DNA of 64,000 nt from a virus (Duplodnaviria; Caudoviricetes). The notes under the pieces are model-generated. The model was given only the letters and a program-made list of their open reading frames with translations, was not told the DNA's origin and made no database searches. Position 1 is the stretch's first letter, and each line of letters starts with the position of its first letter. Of this stretch, positions 28,065 through 38,192 are shown piece by piece. The DNA lies in the IMG/VR virus record IMGVR_UViG_3300027971_004105. The stretch is one strand, 5' to 3'. The translations under genes were made by a program, and so were the position numbers.

Positions 28065-29666
28065 ATGAGTACCAAAAGTCTGGATGGAGTTCTTACCAAA
28101 AAAGCACACACCAGGGAAAAATACACTGAATCACAATTGAATGAGTTGGCTGCTTGTGCAGACGCCACTCTGGGATATCTTTATTTTGCCAAGAATTTTT
28201 TTAATATTCAACATCCTGTGAGAGGCAAACTGCTGTTTGAACCTTATGCGTATCAAACCAAACTGCTGGAAACCTATCACAAATATAGATTTAACATAAA
28301 CATGTTGCCACGTCAAAGTGGCAAGACCACTTGTGCATCATCATACCTGTTGTGGTATGCCATGTTTCATCCTGATCAAACCATATTGATTGCTGCTCAC
28401 AAATACACAGGCGCTCAAGAGATCATGCAACGTATTCGTTATGGATATGAATTGTGTCCAGATCATATCAGAGCGGGTGTGGTAAACTACAACAAAGGAT
28501 CTATGGAATTTGAGAATGGATCTAGAATAGTTTCAGCCACCACCACTGCCAACACTGGTAGAGGTATGTCCATATCATTGTTGTACTGTGATGAGTTTGC
28601 ATTTGTTAATCCAACCATTGCTAGAGAATTCTGGACTTCAATATCTCCAACGTTAGCAACAGGAGGTCGAGCCATCATAACTTCCACTCCCAACTCAGAT
28701 GAAGATGAGTTTGCTGTGATATGGAAAGAATCACAAAATAATTTTGACGAACACGGCAATGAAACTGAAATGGGAATAAATGGATTCTTTGGTTACACAG
28801 CATCTTGGAATGAACATCCAGAACGAGATGAAAAATGGAAAGAAAGTGAATTGGCACGTATAGGTGAAGAAAGATTTAGAAGAGAATATGGTTGTGAATT
28901 TTTAGTTTACGACGAAACATTAGTAAACAGTATTGTACTTGCTTCATTGGAAGGCAAGCAACCCATATTAACCATGGGCCAAACCAGATGGTATGAAAAA
29001 ATAAATCCTGCTGCTACCTATGTGATATCATTGGATCCTGCCATGGGCACTGGTGGAGATTATGCTGCTATTCAAGTGTTTGAAGTGCCATCATTTAAAC
29101 AAGTGGCCGAGTGGAGACACAATCAAACACCCATACCACAACAGGTAAGAATATTAAAAGATATTGTAACATTTATCAAAGAAGAATGCAAAAGTCCATC
29201 TGCCAGCAACATCTATTGGAGTGTGGAAAACAATACCATAGGTGAAGCAGCACTGTTGGTAATCAGTGACTTTGGTGAAGAAAACATTCCAGGATTGTTT
29301 GTGAGTGAACCCATAAGAAAAGGGCACATAAGAAAATTTAGAAAAGGATTTAATACCACACACAGAACTAAAATCAGTGCTTGTAGCAGATTGAAAGGCA
29401 TGATTGAAAACAACAAAATGACCATTAGCAGCAAGGCTTTGATCAGTGAATTAAAAACATACGTGGCAGTGGGATCAGGATTCAAAGCCAAATCTGGAGA
29501 AACAGATGATCTTATCAGTGCTGTATTATTGATTTTAAGAATAGTCAGCATACTGAAAGATTGGGATCCTAGAATTTATAATTCATTCTTACAAGTAGAA
29601 AATGATGAGGATGGCGGAGAACGCATACTGCCCATGCCAGTGTTTATCAGCACCACTAACAACTAA
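28065..29666 (+). CDS. terL: Terminase large subunit (T4 gp17-like)
   Basis: LPRQSGKT Walker A, LYCDEFAF Walker B, ITSTPN, F.REY.CEF, SLDPA.G.GGDY, VENN, DDL nuclease motifs; no intein. Confidence 0.95.
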   Translation: MSTKSLDGVLTKKAHTREKYTESQLNELAACADATLGYLYFAKNFFNIQHPVRGKLLFEPYAYQTKLLETYHKYRFNINMLPRQSGKTTCASSYLLWYAMFHPDQTILIAAHKYTGAQEIMQRIRYGYELCPDHIRAGVVNYNKGSMEFENGSRIVSATTTANTGRGMSISLLYCDEFAFVNPTIAREFWTSISPTLATGGRAIITSTPNSDEDEFAVIWKESQNNFDEHGNETEMGINGFFGYTASWNEHPERDEKWKESELARIGEERFRREYGCEFLVYDETLVNSIVLASLEGKQPILTMGQTRWYEKINPAATYVISLDPAMGTGGDYAAIQVFEVPSFKQVAEWRHNQTPIPQQVRILKDIVTFIKEECKSPSASNIYWSVENNTIGEAALLVISDFGEENIPGLFVSEPIRKGHIRKFRKGFNTTHRTKISACSRLKGMIENNKMTISSKALISELKTYVAVGSGFKAKSGETDDLISAVLLILRIVSILKDWDPRIYNSFLQVENDEDGGERILPMPVFISTTNN

Positions 29667-29674
29667 ATACTAGC

Positions 29675-32365
29675 ATGAACCTAAATGACACGTCTAAAGA
29701 GCTATTTGCCAAGATAAGGGGGCGATTTCCGTCGGTCTCTATAGGCAATCAAGCAGCAGAAGTGACCAATGATCCCAACGCAGCAAGATTTTTTGATTTT
29801 GATTTCAAAGCAGGTGATAAGGTTTTGGGCAAGGTCAGCATAAGTATTAGTGAGCAAGACGGATTAGTGGTGATACACAGTGCAGATTTGAGTCAAACAG
29901 AAGATTTGGTGGCTCGTGAAAATTGGTTTAGTTTTTTAAAAGAACTGAGACAGTTTGCCAAGTCAAGAATGATGACATTTGACACCAGAGACATCACCAA
30001 AAGCAATTTGGAAAAAAGAGATTATAATTTTTTAAGTGCTATGACAAAACCAAAAGAAGTAACAGAAGCAGCATTGACTGGCACCAACAAAACCAGTTTT
30101 CAAAACATAGGTGACAGCAAACTGATCATCAAACATTCTGCAGCAGTGGATGCAGACATGGCTGCTGGTCGTACTCACAGAATTCATTCCATATACATTG
30201 AAAGTTCCGAAGGTGAAAGATTCAAGTATCCATTCAAACACATCAATGGTGCTAGAGCAATGGCACGTCACGTGAGTGAAAGTGGCAAACCATATGATGA
30301 TTTTGGCAAACACATTGTGGGACTGAGCGAAGAACTTTATAAATTAAAAAAATTTAAAAACTATGTGAATAGATCAGCAGTGATGGCTGAAACATTAAAA
30401 GAATACTCTTCAGTAATCAATGATAGAATAGAAGAAATTAAAGAAACCATTCAAGGATTACAAAAAGAAAGTTTTTATAGATTGACCAAAGAAAACTTTA
30501 AAACCAACGAAGCTTTAACAGTGCCAGAAGATGTGAAAGAAAACTGGATTGATGAATTAACAATTAAAACTTTCAACGATGAATTACAAGAAGTGTTTCC
30601 TTACATCTACAAATTGGTCACTCAAAAACCAATCAAAGAAATCACTGCTGAAGATTTTGAAACAGAAGCATCTGGGTATCAAGGCAGCACAGAAACAAGA
30701 TATTTAAAGTATAATGTGTCTGGAGATTTTGACAGAAGTAGACCAGTGTCAGACAAAGACGCTTTCACCATACAAGATTTATTGAAGAAGTCTGGTATTG
30801 AATCAGAGGTTACTCCTGACGAAGGCAATTATCAAGGCATAGTGATTTATACCAACGCTGCTCCACAAAGTGTGGAAAAAGTTTTGGGCAGCATGCTTGA
30901 AACCAACATCAATCCCATTGATCAGTTTGAAAAAATTTTAGATTCAATCATTGATGAAGGAGAAAACACATTGTTTTCATCTGATTCTGAAGAACAAAAA
31001 CAAGCATTGGACAAATTAAATCAATTGATGAGCAAACATTTTCCCGCAGGTGTAAATGGAGTGAATGGTTTGGAAAGTTTGGAAGGCATTATAGATGATG
31101 CCAATTTGAATGATCAGATCAGAGAGATTGGTAAAAAAGACAGTGATGCTTGTATCAGACCTTTGATATATGCTTACATACAAAACAAAAAACCAGACAT
31201 GCTGAAAAGAATTAAAATTGGAGATATGAAAATGTCCACCGAAGGCAATCAATTTGCTCAGGCAGTACGTAAAGCCAAAGCAGCCGGCATGAAACCAGGT
31301 GACAAATTCAAAGTGGGCGACAAAGAATTCACACTCAAAGACGCCATGGATATGGCAGGTATCAGCGACACATCATTGCAAGATGATGCTGACATGGATC
31401 CAAACCAATCACCCCAGGCTCAGGCCTATGCAGGCAAATCTTCTGCATCTCAAGAAAAAGAAGAAGTGCAAAAAATATTGAACAAACATCCAAATGCTTA
31501 CAAACAATTTAAGGCAGGAGATGATTTATACAATCACAAAGAATTGTATTCAGAATTGGCAAACTATTACCACGATAATGGAGATATGCCCTATGGTACA
31601 TATACTGCTAAAGATGGCGATCCTATCAATTGGCTCACAACTAGATTGGCCGATATGGGATTGATAGAAACAACTCAGAAAGAAGCTGAAGCCAGCATAG
31701 ATGATCAGTATAGATTTCGTGATTGGTTAAAGAAAACACACAATAAACAAGTGCATGAATTAAAACCTCAAGAATACGCAATTATTTCAAAACAGTATAG
31801 AGACGAAATAGGAAAAAAAGAATCCTATCATCCTGGTGAAGGATCTGCAGAAGAATTGGCCAAAGAGATTTGGAACAACACTCCAGCATTGCACGATGAA
31901 TACAAAGACTGGCGTGAGTATATGAATTCAGAAGATTTTCAAATGGACTCAGACAAATTACGCAGTAAATTTGAAAGCACAGGCGGTGGTCCTACCATTA
32001 GACAAATGAGTGATCTTGAATTAGCCAATTTCCTGCACACCACTGTGGCAGAAGTTAAAAAAGACAGAGAAGCAGCAGAAGAAGCAGCTATGGAATTGAA
32101 TCAAAAATATTCTGAAGATAATAAATCCAGCAAAGAAGATTTGCACAAAGCATCTGAAAAAATAGAAGAATTTGTAAAGAGTTTTTATGACTACACTACC
32201 AATAAATTTCCCAAAGGAGAAACAGCAGTGATCACAGCAGTGCAAAAACAATATGGAGATACTGCTGCCAAAACTGCTATCGAAACCATCAAAACATTGC
32301 AGAGCGGTCAGGACAAAGAAATTGAACGCATCAAACAGCTGGCAGGCTATTCCACCAAAAAATAA
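29675..32365 (+). CDS. Large modular hypothetical protein (896 aa), possible internal head protein
   Basis: Long ORF of charged helical modules, including EGNQFAQAVRKAKAAG.K....VGDKEF; TAAATA 5 nt upstream of ATG. Confidence 0.75.
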   Translation: MNLNDTSKELFAKIRGRFPSVSIGNQAAEVTNDPNAARFFDFDFKAGDKVLGKVSISISEQDGLVVIHSADLSQTEDLVARENWFSFLKELRQFAKSRMMTFDTRDITKSNLEKRDYNFLSAMTKPKEVTEAALTGTNKTSFQNIGDSKLIIKHSAAVDADMAAGRTHRIHSIYIESSEGERFKYPFKHINGARAMARHVSESGKPYDDFGKHIVGLSEELYKLKKFKNYVNRSAVMAETLKEYSSVINDRIEEIKETIQGLQKESFYRLTKENFKTNEALTVPEDVKENWIDELTIKTFNDELQEVFPYIYKLVTQKPIKEITAEDFETEASGYQGSTETRYLKYNVSGDFDRSRPVSDKDAFTIQDLLKKSGIESEVTPDEGNYQGIVIYTNAAPQSVEKVLGSMLETNINPIDQFEKILDSIIDEGENTLFSSDSEEQKQALDKLNQLMSKHFPAGVNGVNGLESLEGIIDDANLNDQIREIGKKDSDACIRPLIYAYIQNKKPDMLKRIKIGDMKMSTEGNQFAQAVRKAKAAGMKPGDKFKVGDKEFTLKDAMDMAGISDTSLQDDADMDPNQSPQAQAYAGKSSASQEKEEVQKILNKHPNAYKQFKAGDDLYNHKELYSELANYYHDNGDMPYGTYTAKDGDPINWLTTRLADMGLIETTQKEAEASIDDQYRFRDWLKKTHNKQVHELKPQEYAIISKQYRDEIGKKESYHPGEGSAEELAKEIWNNTPALHDEYKDWREYMNSEDFQMDSDKLRSKFESTGGGPTIRQMSDLELANFLHTTVAEVKKDREAAEEAAMELNQKYSEDNKSSKEDLHKASEKIEEFVKSFYDYTTNKFPKGETAVITAVQKQYGDTAAKTAIETIKTLQSGQDKEIERIKQLAGYSTKK

Positions 32366-32384
32366 TATTTCATTAACTACGCAC

Positions 32385-32413
32385 TTGACTAAATACACAT
32401 ATTAATATAGTAT
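32385..32413 (+). promoter_or_regulatory. Sigma70-type promoter TTGACT-N17-TAGTAT
   Basis: Near-consensus hexamers upstream of the ssDNA-binding protein gene. Confidence 0.65.
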
Positions 32414-32479
32414 GTAGAAATATGTGCTGTATTATAGTGAGGCACAAATACAAACAGGCAAACAATAAGGAGGCTTATA

Positions 32480-33445
32480 ATGGCTACACTAGCAGAAATC
32501 CGCAATAAACTGAAAGAACAAGAAGTTCGTTCAGGCGGTAACACAAAAACAAGCGGCGGCGACAACGCAATCTATCCATTCTGGAATCTAAAAGAAGGTG
32601 AACAATCAACTGTTCGATTCTTGCCAGATGGCGACTCAAACAACACTTTCTTTTGGAGAGAACGTTTGATGATCAAACTTCCATTCAATGGTATCAAAGG
32701 AGAAACTGATTCAAAACCAGTTCAAGTACAAGTGCCATGTATGGAAATGTATGGAGAATCTTGTGCCATACTATCTGAAGTTAGAGGATGGTTTAAAGAT
32801 CCTAACTTGGAAGACATGGGCAGAAAATATTGGAAAAAAAGATCATACATTTTCCAAGGTTTTGTCAAAGAAGATCCTCTGAATGAAGAAAACAAATCAG
32901 CAAATCCAATTAGAAGATTTATTATTGGACCACAAATATTCCAAATAATAAAAGGAGCTCTAATGGATCCTGAAATGGAAGATCTTCCTACAGACAAAAT
33001 CAACGGAGTTGATTTTAAAATTGTCAAAACCAGCAAAGGTGGATACGCAGACTATTCAACTTCTGCTTGGTCAAGAAAAACCAGACCATTAACCGAAGAT
33101 GAAAACAAAGCAGTGGAAACACACGGCTTGTTCAACATGAGCGATTACTTGCCTAAAAAACCAACTGAAGTTGAGTTGAAAGTAATGAAAGAAATGTTTG
33201 AAGCATCTGTGGATGGTGAAGCATATGATATGGAAAGATTTGGACAATACTTCCGTCCAGCTGGCATGTCATCAAAAACTGGAGACCCGGTGATTAACAC
33301 CAATGTTAAAGCCGAAACACCAAAGCCAATAGAAGTATCAACAGCAAAAGTTGAAGTTAAAACTGAAACTGCTGCTCTAAAAACTGAGAGCAAAAACAAA
33401 GCTGAAGATATTTTGGCAATGATTAGGTCTAGACAAAAACAATAA
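32480..33445 (+). CDS. gp32: Single-stranded DNA-binding protein (T4 gp32-like)
   Basis: RFLP, CP/CAI..E, YWKKRSY, G.DF...K...GGYADY..S.W; strong AAGGAGG SD; precedes uvsX. Confidence 0.85.
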   Translation: MATLAEIRNKLKEQEVRSGGNTKTSGGDNAIYPFWNLKEGEQSTVRFLPDGDSNNTFFWRERLMIKLPFNGIKGETDSKPVQVQVPCMEMYGESCAILSEVRGWFKDPNLEDMGRKYWKKRSYIFQGFVKEDPLNEENKSANPIRRFIIGPQIFQIIKGALMDPEMEDLPTDKINGVDFKIVKTSKGGYADYSTSAWSRKTRPLTEDENKAVETHGLFNMSDYLPKKPTEVELKVMKEMFEASVDGEAYDMERFGQYFRPAGMSSKTGDPVINTNVKAETPKPIEVSTAKVEVKTETAALKTESKNKAEDILAMIRSRQKQ

Positions 33446-33457
33446 AGAGTATATATT

Positions 33458-33487
33458 GTAGTGGAGAGTTTGAATATTCTCCACTAC
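33458..33487. promoter_or_regulatory. Intergenic hairpin without U-tract between gp32 and uvsX
   Basis: gtagtggaga ... tctccactac perfect 10 bp arms. Confidence 0.6.
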
Positions 33488-33509
33488 GAATTAACAAAAG
33501 GAAAAATTT

Positions 33510-34592
33510 ATGGCTACTAAGGCTTTTGACATATCGAAATTTAGAAAAACATTAACCAAATCCATTGATGGATTGGGACTGGGATTCAATGATCCAACAG
33601 ATTGGATCTCCACAGGCAACTACGCATTGAACTATTTGATGTCAGGTGATTTTGAAAAAGGAATTCCCTTGGGTAAAGTAACAGTGTTTGCTGGTGAATC
33701 AGGATCAGGCAAATCATACATTGCTTCAGGCAACTTGGTGAGACACGCACAGAAGCAAGGCATATTTGTGGTGTTGGTGGACACAGAAAACGCACTGGAT
33801 CAAAATTGGTTGCAGGCATTGGGTGTGGATTGTGACGAGAAAAAACTATTGAAATTGAATCTTAGCATGATTGATGATGTGGCCAAAACCATATCAACTT
33901 TTATGAAAGAATACAAAACAGAACATGGAGACAACAAAGACACTGCTCCTAAAATATTATTCATCATAGACAGTTTGGGCATGCTGATGACTCCCACTGA
34001 TGTGAATCAGTTTGAAGCAGGAGACATGAAAGGTGACATGGGTCGTAAACCCAAAGCACTCACAGCACTGGTTCGTAATTGTGTGAACATGTTTGGCAGT
34101 TGGAATGTGGGATTGGTAGCAACCAATCACACGTATGCTTCACAAGATATGTTTGATCCAGATGATAAAATATCAGGTGGTCAAGGATTTGTGTATGCCA
34201 GTTCAGTGGTGGTAGCAATGAAAAAATTAAAATTAAAAGAAGACGAAGATGGCAACAAAGTAACAGATGTAAGAGGTATTAGAGCTGCTTGTAAGATAAT
34301 GAAAACAAGATTTGCCAAACCTTTTGAAACTGTACAAGTTAAAATACCTTATGAAACAGGCATGGATCCCTACAGTGGATTGGTGGAACTGTTTGAAAAA
34401 GAAGGCATACTGACAGCATCTGGTAACCGACTTAAATATGTGGATCTTAAAGGTACAGAACACTTGGAGTATAGAAAAGGTTGGACAGGTGAAAAATTGG
34501 ATATGGTTATGACGGAATATCACAAGATCAAACCTAAATCTGTTACAGAAATAGAAACAGAAGCAGCAGCAGTGAAAGAAGAGAAAAAATAA
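33510..34592 (+). CDS. uvsX: RecA-like recombinase
   Basis: GESGSGKS Walker A, VDTENALD, IDSLG, NHTY, SGG.G..YASS. Confidence 0.93.
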   Translation: MATKAFDISKFRKTLTKSIDGLGLGFNDPTDWISTGNYALNYLMSGDFEKGIPLGKVTVFAGESGSGKSYIASGNLVRHAQKQGIFVVLVDTENALDQNWLQALGVDCDEKKLLKLNLSMIDDVAKTISTFMKEYKTEHGDNKDTAPKILFIIDSLGMLMTPTDVNQFEAGDMKGDMGRKPKALTALVRNCVNMFGSWNVGLVATNHTYASQDMFDPDDKISGGQGFVYASSVVVAMKKLKLKEDEDGNKVTDVRGIRAACKIMKTRFAKPFETVQVKIPYETGMDPYSGLVELFEKEGILTASGNRLKYVDLKGTEHLEYRKGWTGEKLDMVMTEYHKIKPKSVTEIETEAAAVKEEKK

Positions 34593-34804
34593 TGCGAGAA
34601 GCTGATCAATTAATAGAAACTTGGCAATTTTTTAAAGAATATATCGATAAGAAACAGATCGATATAGTGGCTGAGAAGTATGTGGAAATGTGCGCCGACT
34701 ATGGCGCTGATGATGAGGTTTTTAAAGAATCCATGGGCAATGACCAAGACTTGGACAAGGCCATCATGTACTATCTGGACATTGAGGAAGACGAGGACAA
34801 CTAA
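34592..34804 (+). CDS. Small acidic hypothetical protein
   Basis: TAATG stop/start overlaps with both neighbours. Confidence 0.7.
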   Translation: MREADQLIETWQFFKEYIDKKQIDIVAEKYVEMCADYGADDEVFKESMGNDQDLDKAIMYYLDIEEDEDN

Positions 34805-35262
34805 TGTCTGGATGGTATCAAAAGATATCCAAAGACATCAGTACTATTCCTGAGGCTTTGGAATATTTCGAAAATCAATTGCAAGAAGCCAAACTGGAAA
34901 TCAAAATCAGAGGCAATGTGGAAAAACAAGCAGCAGACATGCCTGGCATTGTGGAACACAGATTCAATCAATTACAAGAATTAGAAGCAGTATTAGAATA
35001 TCTCAACATTGAATTGCGTAGACTACGCAGTTCTTATTTTAAAAAATACTTTGAAAGCTACAACAGAGCACTCACCAGCAGAGAAGTGGAGAAGTATGTG
35101 GATGGTGAAGCAGATGTGGTGGACTATGAAAAGATCATCAATGATTTTGCACTGATGCGCAACAAATGGTTGGGAATTTGCAAAGGACTAGACCAAAAGC
35201 AATGGCAGATGACCAACATAGTCAAACTGCGTGTGGCTGGTATGGAAGACGCCAGCATCTAG
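34804..35262 (+). CDS. uvsY: Recombination mediator
   Basis: Helical; Y...Y.RAL...E.EKYVDGE.D, K.LD.K..Q..N pattern; downstream of uvsX. Confidence 0.75.
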   Translation: MSGWYQKISKDISTIPEALEYFENQLQEAKLEIKIRGNVEKQAADMPGIVEHRFNQLQELEAVLEYLNIELRRLRSSYFKKYFESYNRALTSREVEKYVDGEADVVDYEKIINDFALMRNKWLGICKGLDQKQWQMTNIVKLRVAGMEDASI

Positions 35263-35321
35263 TCGCCAGATCCACTTTTAATCCAACAATTTCTATTTAA
35301 ATACCACACAGAAACATTATC

Positions 35322-36470
35322 ATGAAACTACTGATTAATAATAAAGAATTGGCACACTTTCTCAACAGTATCATCAATCACTATCAAGTGGCAAAAGATA
35401 AAGTGCCATATGAGCACAGCGAAAGTTGGACACACATTAGACAGATCAAAACAAATATTAGACAACACAGACGCTGGCTGAGAAAAATGCGTAATTCGGG
35501 AGAAGCAGAACAGGTGTTGGAAGCCAACAATGCCAGATGGAGTTGGGGCAAATGGCCCAGCAAATTGGAGAAAATTTTACACAAAGAGTTGACTGATTAT
35601 GTGGGAAAAATATGGCAACTGATGGATCAAAATAAAGAAAAATATTTTCAAGTCATACATGAGAACATGGATCAGGTGTTGGAGGCATTGGGCACTGAGC
35701 GTGTGCTGAGCATGTACAAAAAAAGTAAGATGCAGCATTTTGTTAAGAGCACAGGACTGACCATATCCAAAGATGCTGACTTGATGCGCAGACAGGACTT
35801 CACTGATTATCAACAAGATTGTTTAATTAGAAATACCACAGGCAATGAACAGTTGTTGACTGAAAAAATAGATAAAAAATATCCCATGTGGTTCATAGAC
35901 AGCGGCTACACCAACTTCTTAGAACCCAATAAAAAATGGCACAGATTGGTGCGCAATCACATACATCATGATCGGATGTTTGAAGCGCCTGTGGATAGAT
36001 TGTCTAACTTCACCAGTTTTCCCCAACCATGGAGACAGTCAGGAGAAAAAATACTGATCATAGAACCAGGACCATTTGCTGCTGGTATATTTCATGTGAA
36101 TCTTAAAACTTGGAAATATGATGTGGAGAGAGAACTAAAGAAACACACAGATAAAAAAATTGTGTTTAGAGAAAAAGCCAATAAAAAAGTACGCACTAGT
36201 CTTGTGGAAGAACTCCGCAATGAAGATTATTATTGTGTGGTAAATATTAATTCCAATGCTGCCACAGAAGCCATATGGTGTGGCATACCAGTGATCACTT
36301 TGGACAAACACATCACCAATCCCGTGAGCAGTAACCAGCTGTCAGACATAGAAAATTTACAGAGACCACATCTAGCACGTTGGCTGTGTGCTTTGAGTTA
36401 CAGTCAATTCACTGCGCAAGAATTATTTGACGGCACTGCCATCAAGATCGTGAGGAAATATCATGTCTAA
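35322..36470 (+). CDS. GT-B-like protein (capsule-synthesis KpsS-like domain) 1
   Basis: FIDSGY, FREK, CVVNINSNAATEAIWCGIPV...W...L.YSQF shared with four paralogs; TAAATA at 35298-35303. Confidence 0.5.
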   Translation: MKLLINNKELAHFLNSIINHYQVAKDKVPYEHSESWTHIRQIKTNIRQHRRWLRKMRNSGEAEQVLEANNARWSWGKWPSKLEKILHKELTDYVGKIWQLMDQNKEKYFQVIHENMDQVLEALGTERVLSMYKKSKMQHFVKSTGLTISKDADLMRRQDFTDYQQDCLIRNTTGNEQLLTEKIDKKYPMWFIDSGYTNFLEPNKKWHRLVRNHIHHDRMFEAPVDRLSNFTSFPQPWRQSGEKILIIEPGPFAAGIFHVNLKTWKYDVERELKKHTDKKIVFREKANKKVRTSLVEELRNEDYYCVVNINSNAATEAIWCGIPVITLDKHITNPVSSNQLSDIENLQRPHLARWLCALSYSQFTAQELFDGTAIKIVRKYHV

Positions 36471-37272
36471 AGTCACGTTGTTTGCAGAACCCTTTGTACG
36501 TAGCACCAAAAATGCAGTGACCTTGGACAGCATGGACACGTCCAAACCTTTGGTTGTGGTTGGAGTTACCTCAAAAAAGTATGTGAATCAATGCAAAGCT
36601 ATCCAGCGTGATTTTTATTACATAGACTCTGGATACTTTGGAAATTTTCGCAATGAATCCAACCCCAAAGGCAAGAAACATTTTATAAGGATAGTAAAAA
36701 ATGATGTGCAAAAAAATATTCTAGAAGAATATCCGTCTGATCGATGGAAAGAAATTTGTAAAATTGATCCTAAATATCAATGGAATGGCTGGAAGAAAAA
36801 AGGCAACAAACTCTTAATAGTTGTGCCAAATAGAAAAGCGTGTGTGTTTTATGGTTACGAAGAAGGCAAGAAACAAGATCGAGATCCAAATAAACCTACC
36901 TGGCTAATGAACACAATAGAAACTATAAAGAAACACACAGATATGGAGATTGTTGTTAGAGAAAAAGGTAGTAGGCCAGAACGACATAACCATTCAATAT
37001 TTGATGCTCTAGATGAAGGAATATTTGCCACTGTGGCGTTTAACAGTATTGCAGCCATAGAATCCATAGTGTATGGAGTGCCTGCATTTGTGACCGTACC
37101 TTGTGCTGCTAGCCCATTGGCTCTGATGGATTTAACACAAATCAATACTCCATACTATCCCTGTGACCAGTTGATTAAAAAACATTGTTCATCATTGGCA
37201 TATGGTCAGTTTACCTCAGAAGAAATAGAAAACGGTTATGCTTGGGATATACTACAGGGACAAAAAAAATGA
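36463..37272 (+). CDS. GT-B-like protein (KpsS-like domain) 2
   Basis: YIDSGYFG, VREK, ATVAFNSIAAIESIVYGVPAF, LAYGQFT..E. Confidence 0.5.
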   Translation: MSKVTLFAEPFVRSTKNAVTLDSMDTSKPLVVVGVTSKKYVNQCKAIQRDFYYIDSGYFGNFRNESNPKGKKHFIRIVKNDVQKNILEEYPSDRWKEICKIDPKYQWNGWKKKGNKLLIVVPNRKACVFYGYEEGKKQDRDPNKPTWLMNTIETIKKHTDMEIVVREKGSRPERHNHSIFDALDEGIFATVAFNSIAAIESIVYGVPAFVTVPCAASPLALMDLTQINTPYYPCDQLIKKHCSSLAYGQFTSEEIENGYAWDILQGQKK

Positions 37273-38192
37273 ACAGATTCACTGTGGCAGCATATTACAA
37301 AGGCATACCACCTCAAAATAGAAACATTGAAAAGCAATTGATTCTTGATAATTTTTTACAAGGTGTGCGTACTGTGGGAGATATTGCCGTAGCACATCAG
37401 CAGTTTAATCCGGTCGCATGTGATGTGGCATTGATTCAAGGATATGTGCATTCTCATGGCAAGGATGCTCCTCATCTAAGATTGCGACAGGCAGCTATCG
37501 ATCTACAACATCAAAACAAAAAACGTGCATTGATTGTGGACAGCAGTCTGTTTCTGTATGTGAACAACACCAATCCACACCATTATTTGAGATACAGTTT
37601 TGATGGAGTATTCCCTACCACAGGATTTTATTTTGACAAAGACGTTGATCCTGACAGGTGGAAAAAAATCAGTTTGAATTTAAACATCAACATGAAACCA
37701 TACAGAACACAAGGAACACATATCCTTATCTGTTTGCAAAGAAATGGTGGATGGAGCATGACTGGATTGAATGTGATAGATTGGTTGGATGCCACAATAA
37801 AAAAAATTCAACAGGTTTCTAATAGACCCATAATTGTAAGACCACATCCAGGTGATAAAAAAATCATGCATACTTTAAAATTAAAATACAAGAATGTTTC
37901 ATTAAGCAACAAGGCCGATCTGATTGAAGATCTTCGCAACGCCTGGGCCACAGTGGTATACAACAGTTCTCCCAGCGTGGCCAGTATTATAGAAGGAGTT
38001 CCTGCATTCTTAACAGATCCTGAACCTGCACACAGTCAAAGTTATACAATGGCTCACACTGATCTGAATCACATAGAAAATCCTATATTGCCCGATAGGC
38101 AACATTGGATTGAACGCTTGGCCATGTGTCATTGGAATTTTGCAGAATTAAAATCTGGAGAGGCTTGGAATTTTTTAAGGAAGTATATATGA
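37269..38192 (+). CDS. GT-B-like protein (KpsS-like domain) 3
   Basis: IVRPHPGD, ATVVYNSSPSVASIIEGVPAF, W...LA..HW...E; start revised to 37269 (ATGA overlap). Confidence 0.5.
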   Translation: MNRFTVAAYYKGIPPQNRNIEKQLILDNFLQGVRTVGDIAVAHQQFNPVACDVALIQGYVHSHGKDAPHLRLRQAAIDLQHQNKKRALIVDSSLFLYVNNTNPHHYLRYSFDGVFPTTGFYFDKDVDPDRWKKISLNLNINMKPYRTQGTHILICLQRNGGWSMTGLNVIDWLDATIKKIQQVSNRPIIVRPHPGDKKIMHTLKLKYKNVSLSNKADLIEDLRNAWATVVYNSSPSVASIIEGVPAFLTDPEPAHSQSYTMAHTDLNHIENPILPDRQHWIERLAMCHWNFAELKSGEAWNFLRKYI

